DNA of 63,804 bases, filler included, from Octopus bimaculoides (GCF_001194135.2; 4 parts of 3 records of this genome joined end to end with filler, not necessarily neighbours in it), one strand, 5' to 3'. Positions 1 to 12,899 are shown, numbered from the whole stretch's first letter. A program made the numbers and translations. Notes: generated from the sequence alone by a model not told the origin.

Positions 1-96
1 ATTTGTCTGAATATTTTTTTATTATACCTAAGGCACCTACTATGATAGGAATTGTTTCTGTTTTTAGATTCCACATTCGAGTTATTATTATTATTA

Positions 97-141
<45 letters not shown>

Positions 142-207
142 GTAGTAGTAGTAGTAGTAGTAGCAGAGGTTATTGTTGTTGCTGTTGTTGTTGTTGCTGC
201 TGTGCAG

Positions 208-279
208 TTGCATTGTGGCCAGATGGCTTGCAAGTTCACTTTACAAACATTAGGTTTTGATTTTTACATTGGGGACCCC
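208..279 (+). CDS. Candidate internal coding exon of an unidentified gene (LHCGQMACKFTLQTLGFDFYIGDP)
   Basis: TGTGCAG acceptor, 72 nt stop-free in phase 0/0, strong CCC|GTAAGT donor at 280. No homology recognised. Confidence 0.35.
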
Positions 280-604
280 GTAAGTAAGTGTCCTTCACCA
301 CAGTTTCAGGTTGACACAAATCTTGTGTTTCTGAAATTGATTCAATGGAAACTGTGCTTAAGTGCATTGGATGTGAAGTGGTTTGCTGTTGAAACTACTT
401 CAGAATGGTTGCACCACAAATTCAAAAGTCCAGCCTTCTCATTCTGCTGTGTAATCTTCAACTTGCTTGAAGTACATATTAAGGCTATGCATATTTATGG
501 AATACTCAGTCACAGGTACATGAATTTAATGAGCTGGAATTTCAGTTAATTAGGCATCTGAATACTAATTATGTAAACTGGAAAAGATCCATTTACTGTC
601 CCAA

Positions 605-830
605 GTCAGACTTACGTTCAAAACATTCGAGCAGACTTAAGATCAAAATATTTGGTCAGAATTTATGATCAAAACATTAAAGTAAACTTATGATCAAAAC
701 ATTAAAGTAAACTTATGATCAAAGCATTCAAACAGACTTATGATCAAAACATTAAAGTAAGCTTATGATCAAAAAATTTCAAGTAGGTTTATGATTAAAA
801 CATTCGAGCTGACTTATGATCAAAGGACAT
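605..830. repeat. ~25-bp minisatellite (TTATGATCAAAACATTAAAGTAAAC-like)
   Basis: About 8 degenerate tandem copies are visible. Confidence 0.9.
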
Positions 831-871
831 CCTAACTGTGACCATAACATCTTTTTCTCAAGTACAGTATT

Positions 872-1003
872 TTCTTTTTCCTTAACCCTCCAGAACTCCA
901 TGAGGAACATTTCCTTAACCCTCCACTCCATGTGGAACATTTCCTTAACCCTTCACTCCATGTGGAACATTTTCCTTAACCCTTCACTCCATGTGGAACA
1001 TTG
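872..1003. repeat. ~30-bp minisatellite (TTTCCTTAACCCTCCACTCCATGTGGAACA)
   Basis: About 4 tandem copies. Confidence 0.9.
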
Positions 1004-1009
1004 ACAACT

Positions 1010-1290
1010 TTTCTTAACTCTGGGCTGTTTTCTTTCTGTTTCTCCCCAGTTGGATCCCTGCTTTTCAGTTCTGTTTCAGTATCCCACTGTTAGTGATTTT
1101 TTAGGGTGTCTTCTCTTCTGCCTCTCTTTTGGGTTCCAGGTCAGGGCTTGCCAAATGTTTCCCTGAAGGAAGGCTCAGCTCCGCTGGATTTTGTTGGTTT
1201 TGAATTGCCATCAATGTCTGTGTAACTTTGCTTTTTTACAGGTGATCCATATTAGTCTAGCCTTTATCCTTTGACCTGAACAGAATGGTA
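1010..1290 (-). mobile_element. Decayed RTE-like LINE ORF 3' region
   Basis: Minus frame with stops reads ...WQALTWNPKERQKRRHPKKSL, resembling the RTE C-terminal ALxWxPxGKRxRGRP motif. Confidence 0.45.
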
Positions 1291-2147
1291 GGCTCTGCCA
1301 GGCATATATGGTCTATTGCAATAGGTGTCAGGTTCATTTGAGGCATACAACAAGCCACCACACAACACTGCACCACACCACACCACATAAGGAATGGACC
1401 TTGTGGTGGAAAGTGTATCTAGGACTATATTATTCCAGTGTATTCTTCTTTCTCATTCCTTTTTAAGATTGTCGAATACGAGTAGGGGAAGATCTGACTG
1501 TTATTTCAAGTAAAATTAATCACCACATAGAAACTCTCAGTGCTGATTCAAACTACCATTGCTGATCAGTATCCATGTCCAATGGGAGATTTATATCTCA
1601 GTTGGTGAATACTACAAAACACTGGAGCTAAACAGTGACTCATCATAAAAATCCTTCAAAGCACTTGAGAATATATTTAGATTTAATAAAATTTCATAAT
1701 GTTCAACATAACCTGCTTAAGTACATGCAATAAACCACTGAGTGCTACCGCCCATACTAGAGGCTTTTTACATCAAACTGCCTTTCTTCTCAACCATCGT
1801 ATTCCGACAGTCGAGCAACAGTTTACATAATCTAATTACAGAACAATCAAAACTGAAACCATAAGAATCCATATTAACAACTGAAGACTTCCTTGTTCAT
1901 TTTATTAAGCAGTTATTGCATACCTAAAGCAGACAAGTTGCACGTGCATTTACACATGTTATAACCAACAGCAATTCCACTGGTTTTATTTATGTGTATT
2001 TTTTTCTGTTTTCTTGAATTTATTCTAGTTCTAATTAGTTAATCTATTTTGTACTGTGATGCAATTAACTGCAAAGCAAATTTCATGGAATACCATTTTT
2101 TCTTAATGGAAAATGCATGTTGCTATGTTTTTATTATTTACGGGGCA

Positions 2148-2254
<107 letters not shown>

Positions 2255-2539
2255 GCTGATAGATGAAACAAGGAAAATGTAATGGTTTTAAATAAGCCCA
2301 TGTTACAAGGTTTCCATGTTCTCAGCAATTAATTGCAAATAATTGAAATAATTGTTGTTAATTTTAATCAGTTTAGTTTTTAGAAAGTTCTCGAAAAGTT
2401 GCCTAAGTGCAGTAAATGTCATCTTTTTATTATAGGATATACATTTACAGTATTCTACAACTGATATATTTCTAAGCTATTTCCGTTTATATTACCATTT
2501 ATAAACAACCATTTATAAATACACTTTACTGTTTTTTTA

Positions 2540-2952
2540 TATATGTATATATATAACATTCAGTTTACAAACTATGTCCAATCTTCTTGTACAGTAATAT
2601 GCAACACATTTTATTTCAATAACTACAATACACCTAGGGTATATGTGTGTGTATGTGTGTGTGTATGTGTGTGTGTATGTACATACGTATGTATGTATGT
2701 ATGTATGTATGTATGTATGCATGTATGTATGTATGTATGCATGTATGTATGTATGTATGTATATGTGCACATTTGTTTGTTTTGCTTTATGTATGTATTC
2801 CCATGCATATAGTTGCATATCTAGACATGCTCATATGTATTTAAATTGTAAATGTCTGGAACATTTTACAGATTTTTTTACAGTTCCAGTAATGGATTGG
2901 ATTTGTAGTCTTCGAATTAGCTTTCTCCTTTCTGGTTTTGAGAAGCCTAATT
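2540..2952 (-). mobile_element. 3' end and 3'UTR of an RLE-type non-LTR retrotransposon, with an expanded (TACA)n tract
   Basis: 2760-2950 aligns by eye to 12980-13150; the minus frame reads LGFSKPERRKLIRRLQIQSITGTVK. Confidence 0.75.
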
Positions 2953-3232
2953 AATCAGAGATGACCATAGAGCATAACTGACAGCATGTTCTATCTTTTA
3001 CTTGTTGCAGTCATTAGACTGTGGCTTTGCTGTGCTTCACATTGAAAGATTTAGTCAAACAGCAATATTTAGATTTTTAACTCTGGTACTTGTTCTATCT
3101 ATCTGGTACTTTTTTACTGAACTGCAAGGTTATGAGGATGTAAACAAACCAGCACTAGTCGTTAAGTGGTGAAGGGCACAATCAAACACCCACACATACA
3201 CATGCTCCCCCGCATCATACACTGGTTAAACT

Positions 3233-3690
3233 AAAGATCAAGATAATTGAACCAGGTATTAAAAGGTTGAAACCAGGAATCAAAATAGCTCTAATAGAAA
3301 TCAAAATGATTAAAGTGGAAAATCAATGGCAGAGTTAGGGATGAGAATGGTTCCACCAGAGATCAAAATAGTCCTAGCAGAAATCAAAATAGTCCAACCA
3401 GAGATCAAAGTGATTTGACCAAGAATTATCATGGCTCAACCAGAGACTAAAATAATTCAACCTGAAATTACCATGGCTCAACCAGACATCAAATTAGTTC
3501 TAGCAGAAATTATTATGACTCAACCAAAGGTCAAAATGATTCAGATTAAACAAGAAATTATCAAAGAGATTAAAGGGATTAAACCAGAAAGCATCATAGC
3601 TCACTTAGAAACCATTTTAACCCTATTTTAACCAGTGGCTCAACCAGAGACTCAAATGATTCAATTAGAAATTACCATCGCAGTGAACTA
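3233..3690 (+). repeat. Degenerate 21-bp tandem repeat encoding PEIKxxQ-like heptads
   Basis: Units such as CAACCAGAGATCAAAATAGTC; translation QPETKII/QPEITMA/QPDIKLV; one stop and one frameshift. Confidence 0.75.
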
Positions 3691-3885
3691 GAAGAATCTC
3701 TAGTATGTCATGCAAAATGCTTAGCAGCATTTTTCCCATATCTTTATGTTCAAATTCTGTTGACTTTGCCTTTCATCCTTCTGGGTTCAATAAAATAAGT
3801 ACCAGATGAGCAATGGGGTTGATGTAATCGACTTGCTCCTCCCTACCCCCAAAGCTGGTGGCCTTGTGTCAAAATTTGAAGCCAT
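3690..3885 (+). mobile_element. SINE family S2, CpG-decayed copy, followed by (ATT)n
   Basis: Matches the GTTCAAATTC...TTTGCCTTTCATCCT...AAGTACC...GGGGTTGATGTAATCGAC core of intact copies. Confidence 0.8.
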
Positions 3886-3893
3886 TATTATTA

Positions 3894-3960
<67 letters not shown>

Positions 3961-5299
3961 GCCACAGGAACTTAAGTTTTTGGCACATTTGTAGTAGGTA
4001 TGGAGGTAAATAAATCATGAGATTTTGGGACATGACACCTTTTCAATATGATTTTTAAAATGGCTATAAATATCAGAATTTTGGATCATGGTCTTGGAAA
4101 TGATAGGGGTAAGCTTTTTACGAAAAAAATTTAGGAATTATCACTGACCATATTGAATTTGTGAGAAATTTTTTTTCTTATGATTTAAAAATCTTGAAGA
4201 AAATATGCCCTTTTCTAAGTGAAAATTAACAATGAAATTTTAACTTTTATATTTCATAATGATTATCAGACCTACCACTACCAATTTTTATATCAAAATA
4301 AAGTGAATACCTTCCTCTTCATGATAATATGATTTTTAACACAACTTGGGTTTATAGCATGCAAGTGCATTGATCAAGAATGATGGCTGCTGTTCTGTAG
4401 TCAAATAAATAAATAAAAACGGGGACAAACTTTGTAAATGCATGGAAATACTAGGATTTATGAAGGTTCCTGACATGGTATGCAGCAGTTGGATTTTACT
4501 TAAAAATGTATGAGAAGAAAGTTTACATCCAGAACTTTCAATTGATATATGATCTTCCTTGAAAAATATTTACTTTGACATGAAAATGATGAAGCAGAAA
4601 GTGTGTTTTTGCATGTTCAAACTGTGCTTATTTCTATTGTACAGTGTTCTGTTGTGATACCTACTCTTATCCATCATAATAATTAAATAAGAGTTGAAAC
4701 CAGTTAGGTAGATTTACTTTTTTTCCTGTCAATAGAAGGAAGGAAAAAACATTTGTTTACAACTGTTACAACACTTGAGAGATCCTGTTTGTGAAAATGT
4801 TTTAATGTGCACTGCACTTTAGATAGAGCAGAGCATATATAATGAATTTACTATGCACTCATGAATGAATAAATTTATGCTTAATTAATTATTTATGGTA
4901 TGTTGTCAAAGACTGTGTTTTTAAATTGGCTTATGCCTCTTCCCTATTGTTAACATCCATTATTTCCTTTTCAAACTTCCTATAACTCTTTATCAAATAT
5001 TTTAAGATAGAAAGCAAGAGAATTTTATTATATTTTCTATCTTATGCCAGAATATTATAAATAAGAAATGCGGATGAGTGACATGTCAGCCATCTTAATC
5101 ATCTATCATCTAGAATGCAATGTCTGAACAACAGTGAGTAGTTGCTGTCATTGTTTTCTTCCCTCCCCCTTTTCTTTCTTTCTTTCTTTCTTTCTTTCTT
5201 AATTTTCCTCCTCCTCCTCCTTCTTCTCCTCCACCTCCTCCTCATCATCATCATTTTTATCCCCTCCAATCTTCATCCTCATCCTCCCATTAGCCTCTG

Positions 5300-5752
5300 C
5301 AACCTCCTCCAACCACCCCTCCTCCAACCACCCCTTCTCCAACCACCCCTCTTCCAACCACCCCTCCTCCAACCACCCCTCCTCCAACCATCCCTCCTCC
5401 AACCATNNNNNNNNNNNNNNNNNNNNNNNNNNNNNNNNNNNNNNNNNNNNNNNNNNNNNNNNNNNNNNNNNNNNNNNNNNNNNNNNNNNNNNNNNNNNNN
5501 NNNNNNNNNNNNNNNNNNNNNNNNNNNNNNNNNNNNNNNNNNNNNNNNNNNNNNNNNNNNNNNNNNNNNNNNNNNNNNNNNNNNNNNNNNNNNNNNNNNN
5601 NNNNNNNNNNNNNNNNNNNNNNNNNNNNNNNNNNNNNNNNNNNNNNNNNNNNNNNNNNNNNNNNNNNNNNNNNNNNNNNNNNNNNNNNCAACCACCCCTC
5701 CTCCAACCACCCCTCCTCCAACCACCCCTCCTCCAACCACCCCTCCTCCAAC
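5300..5752. repeat. 15-bp minisatellite (CCAACCACCCCTCCT)n spanning an N gap
   Basis: The same unit lies on both sides of the 5407-5688 gap; it explains the EEGWL/QPPLL ORFs. Confidence 0.9.
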
Positions 5753-5854
5753 CCTTGCCTTCCAACTCTCCTCCTCCTCCTCCTCTCCATACCCTCTCCT
5801 CATTCCCTCTTTCCTTGCCTTCCACCATTGTGGTATGTGCTGACAGAGTTATTC

Positions 5855-6335
5855 TGTTCTACTCTCAATCAATTCAGGTGTTCCGAGGGTGCCATTTTAA
5901 CCCTATTTTCTTCCTTCTGTACACCAGTGACTTGCTTGCTACCGTATCCAACAATTACCAATCTCATGCTGATGACAGTCTTGTGCATCCTCCAATGGGG
6001 TCATGCTAATCTTGTTTCTTTCAAGAATAAAAAAACAAATCCCTTCCTCACCAAAAAACAAAAAAACTTAAGCACTATTTGTATCATGAAAACACCGACC
6101 CCTTCTAATCGTGTGGAGCACTCAGTTAGACCTCTCACAGTTATTCCAAATGCTGGGCCTCACTATTGCTAAGGATCTCTCTCAATGAAAGCACATCTTT
6201 AGCATGGCTTGTAACACACCCTAAAGAATAACCTTTCTCCTCAAAGCCAGAAGATATTTCAGCTTCCGACAATTGCTGACTCTTTACAAGGCTCAAGTAA
6301 GGTCCACAGTGGAGTACTGTTCCACACATAGACAA
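5855..6335 (+). mobile_element. CR1/L2/Jockey-group LINE reverse transcriptase remnant
   Basis: Frameshifted motifs SGVP.G..L, FLLYTSDL, HADD (YADD equivalent) and LLTLYKAQVRSTVEYC. Confidence 0.8.
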
Positions 6336-6430
6336 CCTGGGTAGTGAAGTGAAAGCACATTATAAAAATAAAACTACTGAACAACAACAACAACAACAAC
6401 AATAATAATAATAATAATAATAATAATAAA

Positions 6431-7071
6431 GGAATATATTCACAGACACGACAGAGCTGGGACCTATATACACTGGAAGCTATGCCAACATTATGGAATA
6501 GCAACAGAAAAAAGATGGTATAAACACACGCCAGAAAAGGTCACAGAAAACGAGAAAGCAACCATACTCTGGGATATGCCAATACACACAGATAGAGAAA
6601 TTAAGGCAAATAGACCAGATATAGTTGTCAAAGATCATGAAGGAAAAAAATGCCTTCTAATTGATGTTTCAATANNNNNNNNNNNNNNNNNNNNNNNNNN
6701 NNNNNNNNNNNNNNNNNNNNNNNNNNNNNNNNNNNNNNNNNNNNNNNNNNNNNNNNNNNNNNNNNNNNNNNNNNNNNNNNNNNNNNNNNNNNNNNNNNNN
6801 NNNNNNNNNNNNNNNNNNNNNNNNNNNNNNNNNNNNNNNNNNNNNNNNNNNNNNNNNNNNNNNNNNNNNNNCAAATACATAACAAAAACACCAGGACTTA
6901 CAAATATATATAACATACAGAAAATTGCACTACTGGGTACTGCACACATTCTACGCAAAACACTTTCAATACAGTAAACATAAGAGCACCACAGCAAACC
7001 ACAGCACATACCCAAGGCGCACAGAGCTGCGCTCGGTAGTGAAGTGAAAGCACGTTATAAAAATAAAACTA

Positions 7072-7076
<5 letters not shown>
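6431..7076 (+). mobile_element. 5'-truncated R4/Dong-like (RLE) non-LTR retrotransposon
   Basis: Open frame EYIHRHDRAGTYIHWKLCQHY...LWDMPIHTDREIKANRPDIVVKD...LLIDVSI...GTAHILRKTLSIQ* carries the PD-(D/E)xK RLE region. Flanked by (ATA)n on both sides. Confidence 0.9.
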
Positions 7077-7124
<48 letters not shown>

Positions 7125-7126
<2 letters not shown>

Positions 7127-7258
7127 CCAAATATATGGTACCCTAGGCATAACACCTACATGAACTTCTAACTTGTCTCTTGAGGTCTCTGGGTGAGACT
7201 TGGATCCAACTTGTACAAATGCAAAACAAAAGTCAAACATAAAATAATAATAATAATA
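7125..7258 (+). mobile_element. Probable 3'UTR of a second (TAA)n-associated retroelement family
   Basis: Unique ~120 bp sandwiched between (TAA)n runs, ending AAACATAAAATAATAAT. No coding sequence retained. Confidence 0.45.
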
Positions 7259-7619
7259 GGTATGAAGCCATAATAATAAATAGGTATGTATCTTGGGTAC
7301 TGGATTTACAAACTCCTTATCAATGGTCCATAAATGTCCCCTTTCTCTTGTTTTTTCTAGCCACATTTATATCCAGAAGACAGCTAATTTCCACAACTGA
7401 ACGTATCTTGTCTATATATATATCTTTTCTGTCTGTCTGCATTTGTCTGTATGTTTATAGTCACATGCACACACACACAAACACACACACATACATGCAC
7501 ATACACACATGCAAACGTGCACACACACATGCATACACACACATGCATGTACGTGTGTGCACACGGGCACACGCACACACAGAGTGATTGACTTTTACAT
7601 ATTAAGATAGGTAAAGGTC

Positions 7620-7870
7620 AGCAAAATAAACTGTACACCAAAGGTAGAGAATCCTCACCCACCAGCTTAGTTCTGCCCTTCATTTAAACTTGAATCATCT
7701 GGATTTCTAAGATGCCACAATTCCTAGTGAGTCAACATTCCAGACCAACTAAAGATTTGCAGCAACTTTTCAAAGCAATTTATTTGGCTCTTGGGAACTC
7801 TCTCCTTACTCATGTTGTTCCTTCTGGAATTCACTTGCAACAATTTAAGAAGAATGTTAATAAATGACCT
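7620..7870 (+). mobile_element. 3' end of a CR1/L2-like LINE ORF2, probably continuing 5855-6335
   Basis: Frame ...TKDLQQLFKAIYLALGNSLLTHVVPSGIHLQQFKKNVNK* resembles the FFxRxxxxWNxLPxxVV...FKxxL terminus. Confidence 0.55.
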
Positions 7871-8586
7871 CTGCCTCACTGGTCTCCAAGGGCTTGCAAA
7901 GACTGTGAGCACTTCTCCTTCTCTCAGATCAAACAAGTATAAAAAAAAAAAAAGAAAAGGAAATTCAAAGTTTAGTAGATTTATGTGATTCTGTTTATTT
8001 CAGGTATTAATAAATGCAGGTAAAGCCAGATACTGCTCACCTATGTTATATAAGATCTTGGTAATCAATATTTTTAACACCATTTAACATTAACTAGCAC
8101 AACATTTACAACCGAAGGTTTTGAGAACCGCTATGTAAAATTTAATTCTACTGCCAAGTAACTCTAAAGTCAATAATACATGTTCTTCACCTTTCTGCTT
8201 TCTCTCTTTCTACTTTTTCTTTTCATTTCTTTTTTTTTTTTCTTTTCTTTTCTTAACATTTGGATGGTAGATAAAATGTCTCACCTTGTAAGGAACTGGC
8301 AGTGAAAAACTTCAGGGAATCTGTTTGATACATTGAATACCAGAGTGCAGCAGAGATATTGATTCTTATCTTACATCTCTTATTTATGAGCTGACATTGT
8401 TAAACAGCGTGAATCCTGCTTGTTAAATAGACGCTATATACTGTCAAGGCATTATTATTATTGAAAAGTCAAATTCTTCGTATGGGATTCGTGTTGAGGG
8501 CATGGTTTTAATAGCTTGTAGTTTGGCACTGGACTTTCTCTAGCTCTTTCTCCTTTGTCTCCTTTTATCCCATTTATTCATTCATT

Positions 8587-8629
<43 letters not shown>

Positions 8630-9382
8630 CGTCTCTCTTTCTCTAATTATCTTCCTTAGTGTTGCTTCCTTGTTTTTCATATCATCCCCATCTTTCTCCC
8701 CCCCCCCTCTTCTCTCTCTGTGTCTTTCTCTATTTTCCTTTGTAATCTTGTATTCTTGACATCATGATGAAGGTGGCCAAGCGAACATATCTAACTAACT
8801 GGATAAAAAAAACCCAAAAAAACCCAGAAGCATAGAAACAAAGCAAAAACCATAAAAAACAAAAACAAAAAAAACAAAGGCAGATGTTGATTAATATTTG
8901 TGTTGCTGCTGATAAAGATAATGATGGTGATAATGATAACACTGATAATAATGATGATGATGGCAATGATAACAGCGAAAATGATGACGACAACAACCAA
9001 AATGATGATGATGATGACAACAATGAAGATGTGATAAGCAGTGATGGGTAGGTGGAAGTGAAACCTGTGCTGGATATTAATAAGGCAGTTGATAAGGATT
9101 ATAAAGATTACGAATATAGGCACGACGACTATAGTTACATGAGTACGATAATAACAACGATGATGGTTATCACTGATTATGACCGAAATGGCCGTGTGGC
9201 TTAAGGAAGTTCACTTCATAAACATGTAGTTCTGGGTTCGATCCCACTGCATAGCATTTTGAACAAATCTTGAGGTTGTTCCCATTGTATAGCATTTTGA
9301 ACAAAACTTGAGGTCGACCAAAGCCTTGTGATGGAAATTTGGTAGACGGAAATCATTCTGAAGCTTGTTGTGCACACGCATG

Positions 9383-9427
<45 letters not shown>

Positions 9428-10294
9428 ATGTGTGTGTACATATGTATGTATATATGTGTGTATTTATATATATATATATATGTATATATATATGTGTATA
9501 TATATANNNNNNNNNNNNNNNNNNNNNNNNNNNNNNNNNNNNNNNNNNNNNNNNNNNNNNNNNNNNNNTGTGTGTGTGTGTGTGTGTGCATGTGTGTGTA
9601 CATATGTATGTATATATGTGTGTATTTATATATATATATATATGTATGTATAAAGAAAGAAAAAGATAAAGAGACCAATGACAAAGTTAGAAATATATTT
9701 TATGTATAAAGTCTTACAGCTGTTTCAGGGAAAATCCAATGTATCCCTTCATCGGAGATGGTAATATTAAAAGAATGGATCATTACATCTATAAGAGGAG
9801 ATTTGTAGTAAGAAGTGAGCTATGTTATATTCCCCACTCATGTTGCTACAATGACAGGGGCAAAACTAGTCGGTATATAGTACTTACTTGGTATTGCCTG
9901 TATCTTTAGGGTTTGGTTGACTCCAATACTCTTCATAACCTTTATATATATATATATATATATATATAATGACATGTAAAAGTAGGATCTAAGGATCCAG
10001 GTGTAGGAAGTTAGTAAGCTTCAAGCAGTCCGTAGAAGGTATGAGAAACAACTTTCAGGAACAATAGTAGTTTATTGGCATAGAAGGTTGTAAGTTTTTC
10101 CCAGACTGAAGTTTAATAGGTTGAAAAAAATTATTTCATAGTTGATGGTTAGCAACTCTGGTTGCTATGTATGTGAATAAAAATCCAAAATTAAAGAATG
10201 GACCAGGTAAAATCCAGGCCACATATGTTTCCTAGCTAGCAGAACCTTCGAAGTAATAATTACTCAATGAGGAGTACTCCACTAGCTATTCATC

Positions 10295-10468
10295 AGGCCG
10301 AAGATACCTTAGTTAAATGAAGGTTTCAGGTTCAGTCCCATAGCATGGAACCTTGGGCAAGTATCTTCAGTTATAGTCCTAGGCTGACAAATGGCTTGTG
10401 AGTGAATTTGGTAGATGGAAACTGTATCAAAGCTTGTCATACATAGTTCAAGAGATTATCTATCTATG

Positions 10469-10522
<54 letters not shown>

Positions 10523-10670
10523 CCTACCTATCTACCTACCTACCAACCTACCTACCAACCTACCTACCTATCTATCTATCCATCCATCCATCCATCCATC
10601 CATCCATCCACCCCACCCCCACCTACCTACCTACCTACCTACCTACCTACCTACCTACCTATCTACCTAC

Positions 10671-10723
<53 letters not shown>

Positions 10724-10992
10724 GATCTACATGTGTATGCATGTGTGTGTGTGTGTGTGTGTGTGTATGTTTGAATGGTATATGTGTGTGTCTTTATGTC
10801 TCCCTCATCACAGCTTGTCAACCAATGTTAGTTTGTTTCTATCCCTCTAACTTAGCAATTTGTCAAAAAAGACCAATAGAATAAGAACCAAATTTAAAAA
10901 TCAGAACTGGCGTTGATTTAATCAACTAAAACCTTGAAAGCAGTGCCGCAGCATAGTCACAGTCCAATGAGTGAAACAAGTAAAAAATAAAA
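10295..10992 (+). mobile_element. SINE family S1 with a large internal (CTAT)/(CTAC)/(GT) microsatellite
   Basis: tRNA-like head (GGTTCAGTCCCA box B), S1 body and GAAACAAGTAAAA tail, split by simple repeats. Confidence 0.8.
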
Positions 10993-11594
10993 GCTACAAA
11001 CATTTCAAAAGACAATCATATTCTTTAAAATGATTTCAAGTAAGAGTCATTCTTTATAACAGATAACTTTCTGTACCAGTTTGGTAATGTACAGTTTAGC
11101 ACAGATTTCATCTGCACCTGATTTTCCTGGAGAAAAGAAGCTATTTTTGTTATGTGTTTTCAGCTTTCAAGATCTCCTTGTCTTTGGAAGATGTCTGCGT
11201 GGAGACAAATCAATTTCTTTCCATTATTAATTTAGCAAAGAAATAATAGTGCAGAGTACAAGCTTGTGTTAATGTTTGTTAATGTGTGCATGCATGTATG
11301 TACGTGTGTGTGTGTGTGTATGTGTGTGTATGTGTGTATGTGTGTGTATATGTGTGCATGTGTGTATGCATGCGTGCATGTGTGTGTGTGTATGTGTGTG
11401 TGTGTGTGTGTGTGTGCACGTGTATGCACGTGTGTAACAGTGTGTCTGTGATGAAGGCTGGTGTAACAAGGGCTAATATTGGATGTTATTGAACAATTTC
11501 TTTATATAAAGAATTTATTGATAAAAACTCATTTAATTTTGTTACTTCTATTAAAATATTTTTGTAAAATAATGAGAAAAAAATCTTTCCTTCA

Positions 11595-11657
<63 letters not shown>

Positions 11658-11707
11658 TATGTACATATATATGCTGGCACATACACACACACCATACATA
11701 TATATGA

Positions 11708-11746
<39 letters not shown>

Positions 11747-11998
11747 CATATATACACACAGGTACACACACACACACACATAGTACGCTGACCAAAAAGA
11801 TGAACCAGATTTAAAAGGTCAGTTAGATCTAAAAACTTATAGACACTTTTTCAAACATCCTTTTCTATTTTGTGTCTTTCATATATACCATATGTAAAAG
11901 ACAGCTAGATAACATGTTAGCTTTAACATAAACTATATGAAATGATATATGTATAAGTTCGTGTATCATCTGTGTTTGTTTTTCTTCTTGCCATACAG

Positions 11999-12095
11999 CT
12001 ATGTCTTAGACAGGACTGCAAAATTGTATCCCCTAAAGAATTTTGATCCTGCTTCTTTTCGACTCCAAAGCCTGACCTTCAAGAATCTGATTTAA
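11999..12095 (+). CDS. Candidate terminal coding exon (YVLDRTAKLYPLKNFDPASFRLQSLTFKNLI*) of an unidentified gene
   Basis: Strong pyrimidine tract TTTTTCTTCTTGCCATACAG acceptor, then 31 codons of complex sequence to TAA. Confidence 0.35.
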
Positions 12096-12173
12096 ATACT
12101 TGAATCTTATTTGCACTACTTCCACTTTGTGTATCTTTCATAAACATTTCAATACTCATTTTTATTCTCCATT

Positions 12174-12205
<32 letters not shown>

Positions 12206-12329
12206 TGTATGTATGTATGTATGTATGTATGAATGTATGTATGTATGCATGTATGCATGCCTGTTTGTATGTATGTATGTATGTAATGTATGTATGTATG
12301 CATGTATGTATGCATGTATGTATGTATGT

Positions 12330-12709
12330 GGTTTCTGCCGGAAACCTGCACTTTAAGGACTGTGTCAAGTCCTCATTAAAGGCTTGTGATATGCAGGACA
12401 CTGACTGGGAGAACAATGCCTGTCATCGCCACAGATGGAGGAAGCAGGTTAAGGAGGGGATAAACACTTTTGTAAGAGCACGTATCCAGCATGAAGAATT
12501 TAAGCGAGCTGCGCGACAGTGGGCGGCTCATATAGTGAATGGGGAAAGCTTAATCTGCAATGTTTGCAGTCGTGTATGCTTATCAAGAGCAGGGCTCATT
12601 AGCCACCAACGGAGCCGCAAATGCAAAATATAAGTTAGTCCTAGAGCACACAATGTTCCTGAAGGTCGGCAATGGTCTTCCTCGGTCACGAGTGGATGGC
12701 CATCATCAT
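12330..12709 (+). mobile_element. 5'-truncated RTE-clade LINE 3' end with (CAT)n tail
   Basis: Frame FKDCVKSSLKAC...WENNACHRHRWRKQVKEG...CNVCSRVCLSRAGLISHQR (RTE C-terminus with C2H2-like finger), ending GATGGCCATCATCAT. Confidence 0.9.
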
Positions 12710-12819
12710 GTATGTATGTATGTATGTATGTATGTATGAATGCATGTATGTATGCATGTATGCATGCATGTTTGTGTGTATGTATGTATGTATGTATGTA
12801 ATGTATGTATGTATGTATG

Positions 12820-12850
<31 letters not shown>

Positions 12851-12899
12851 GCATGCATGTTTGCATGCATACATGCATGCATGTATAGTATGTATGTAT

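Noticed and set aside
605-1003. CRISPR-like regular repeats
   Set aside because: The units are directly adjacent with no unique spacers; eukaryotic minisatellites; no cas genes.
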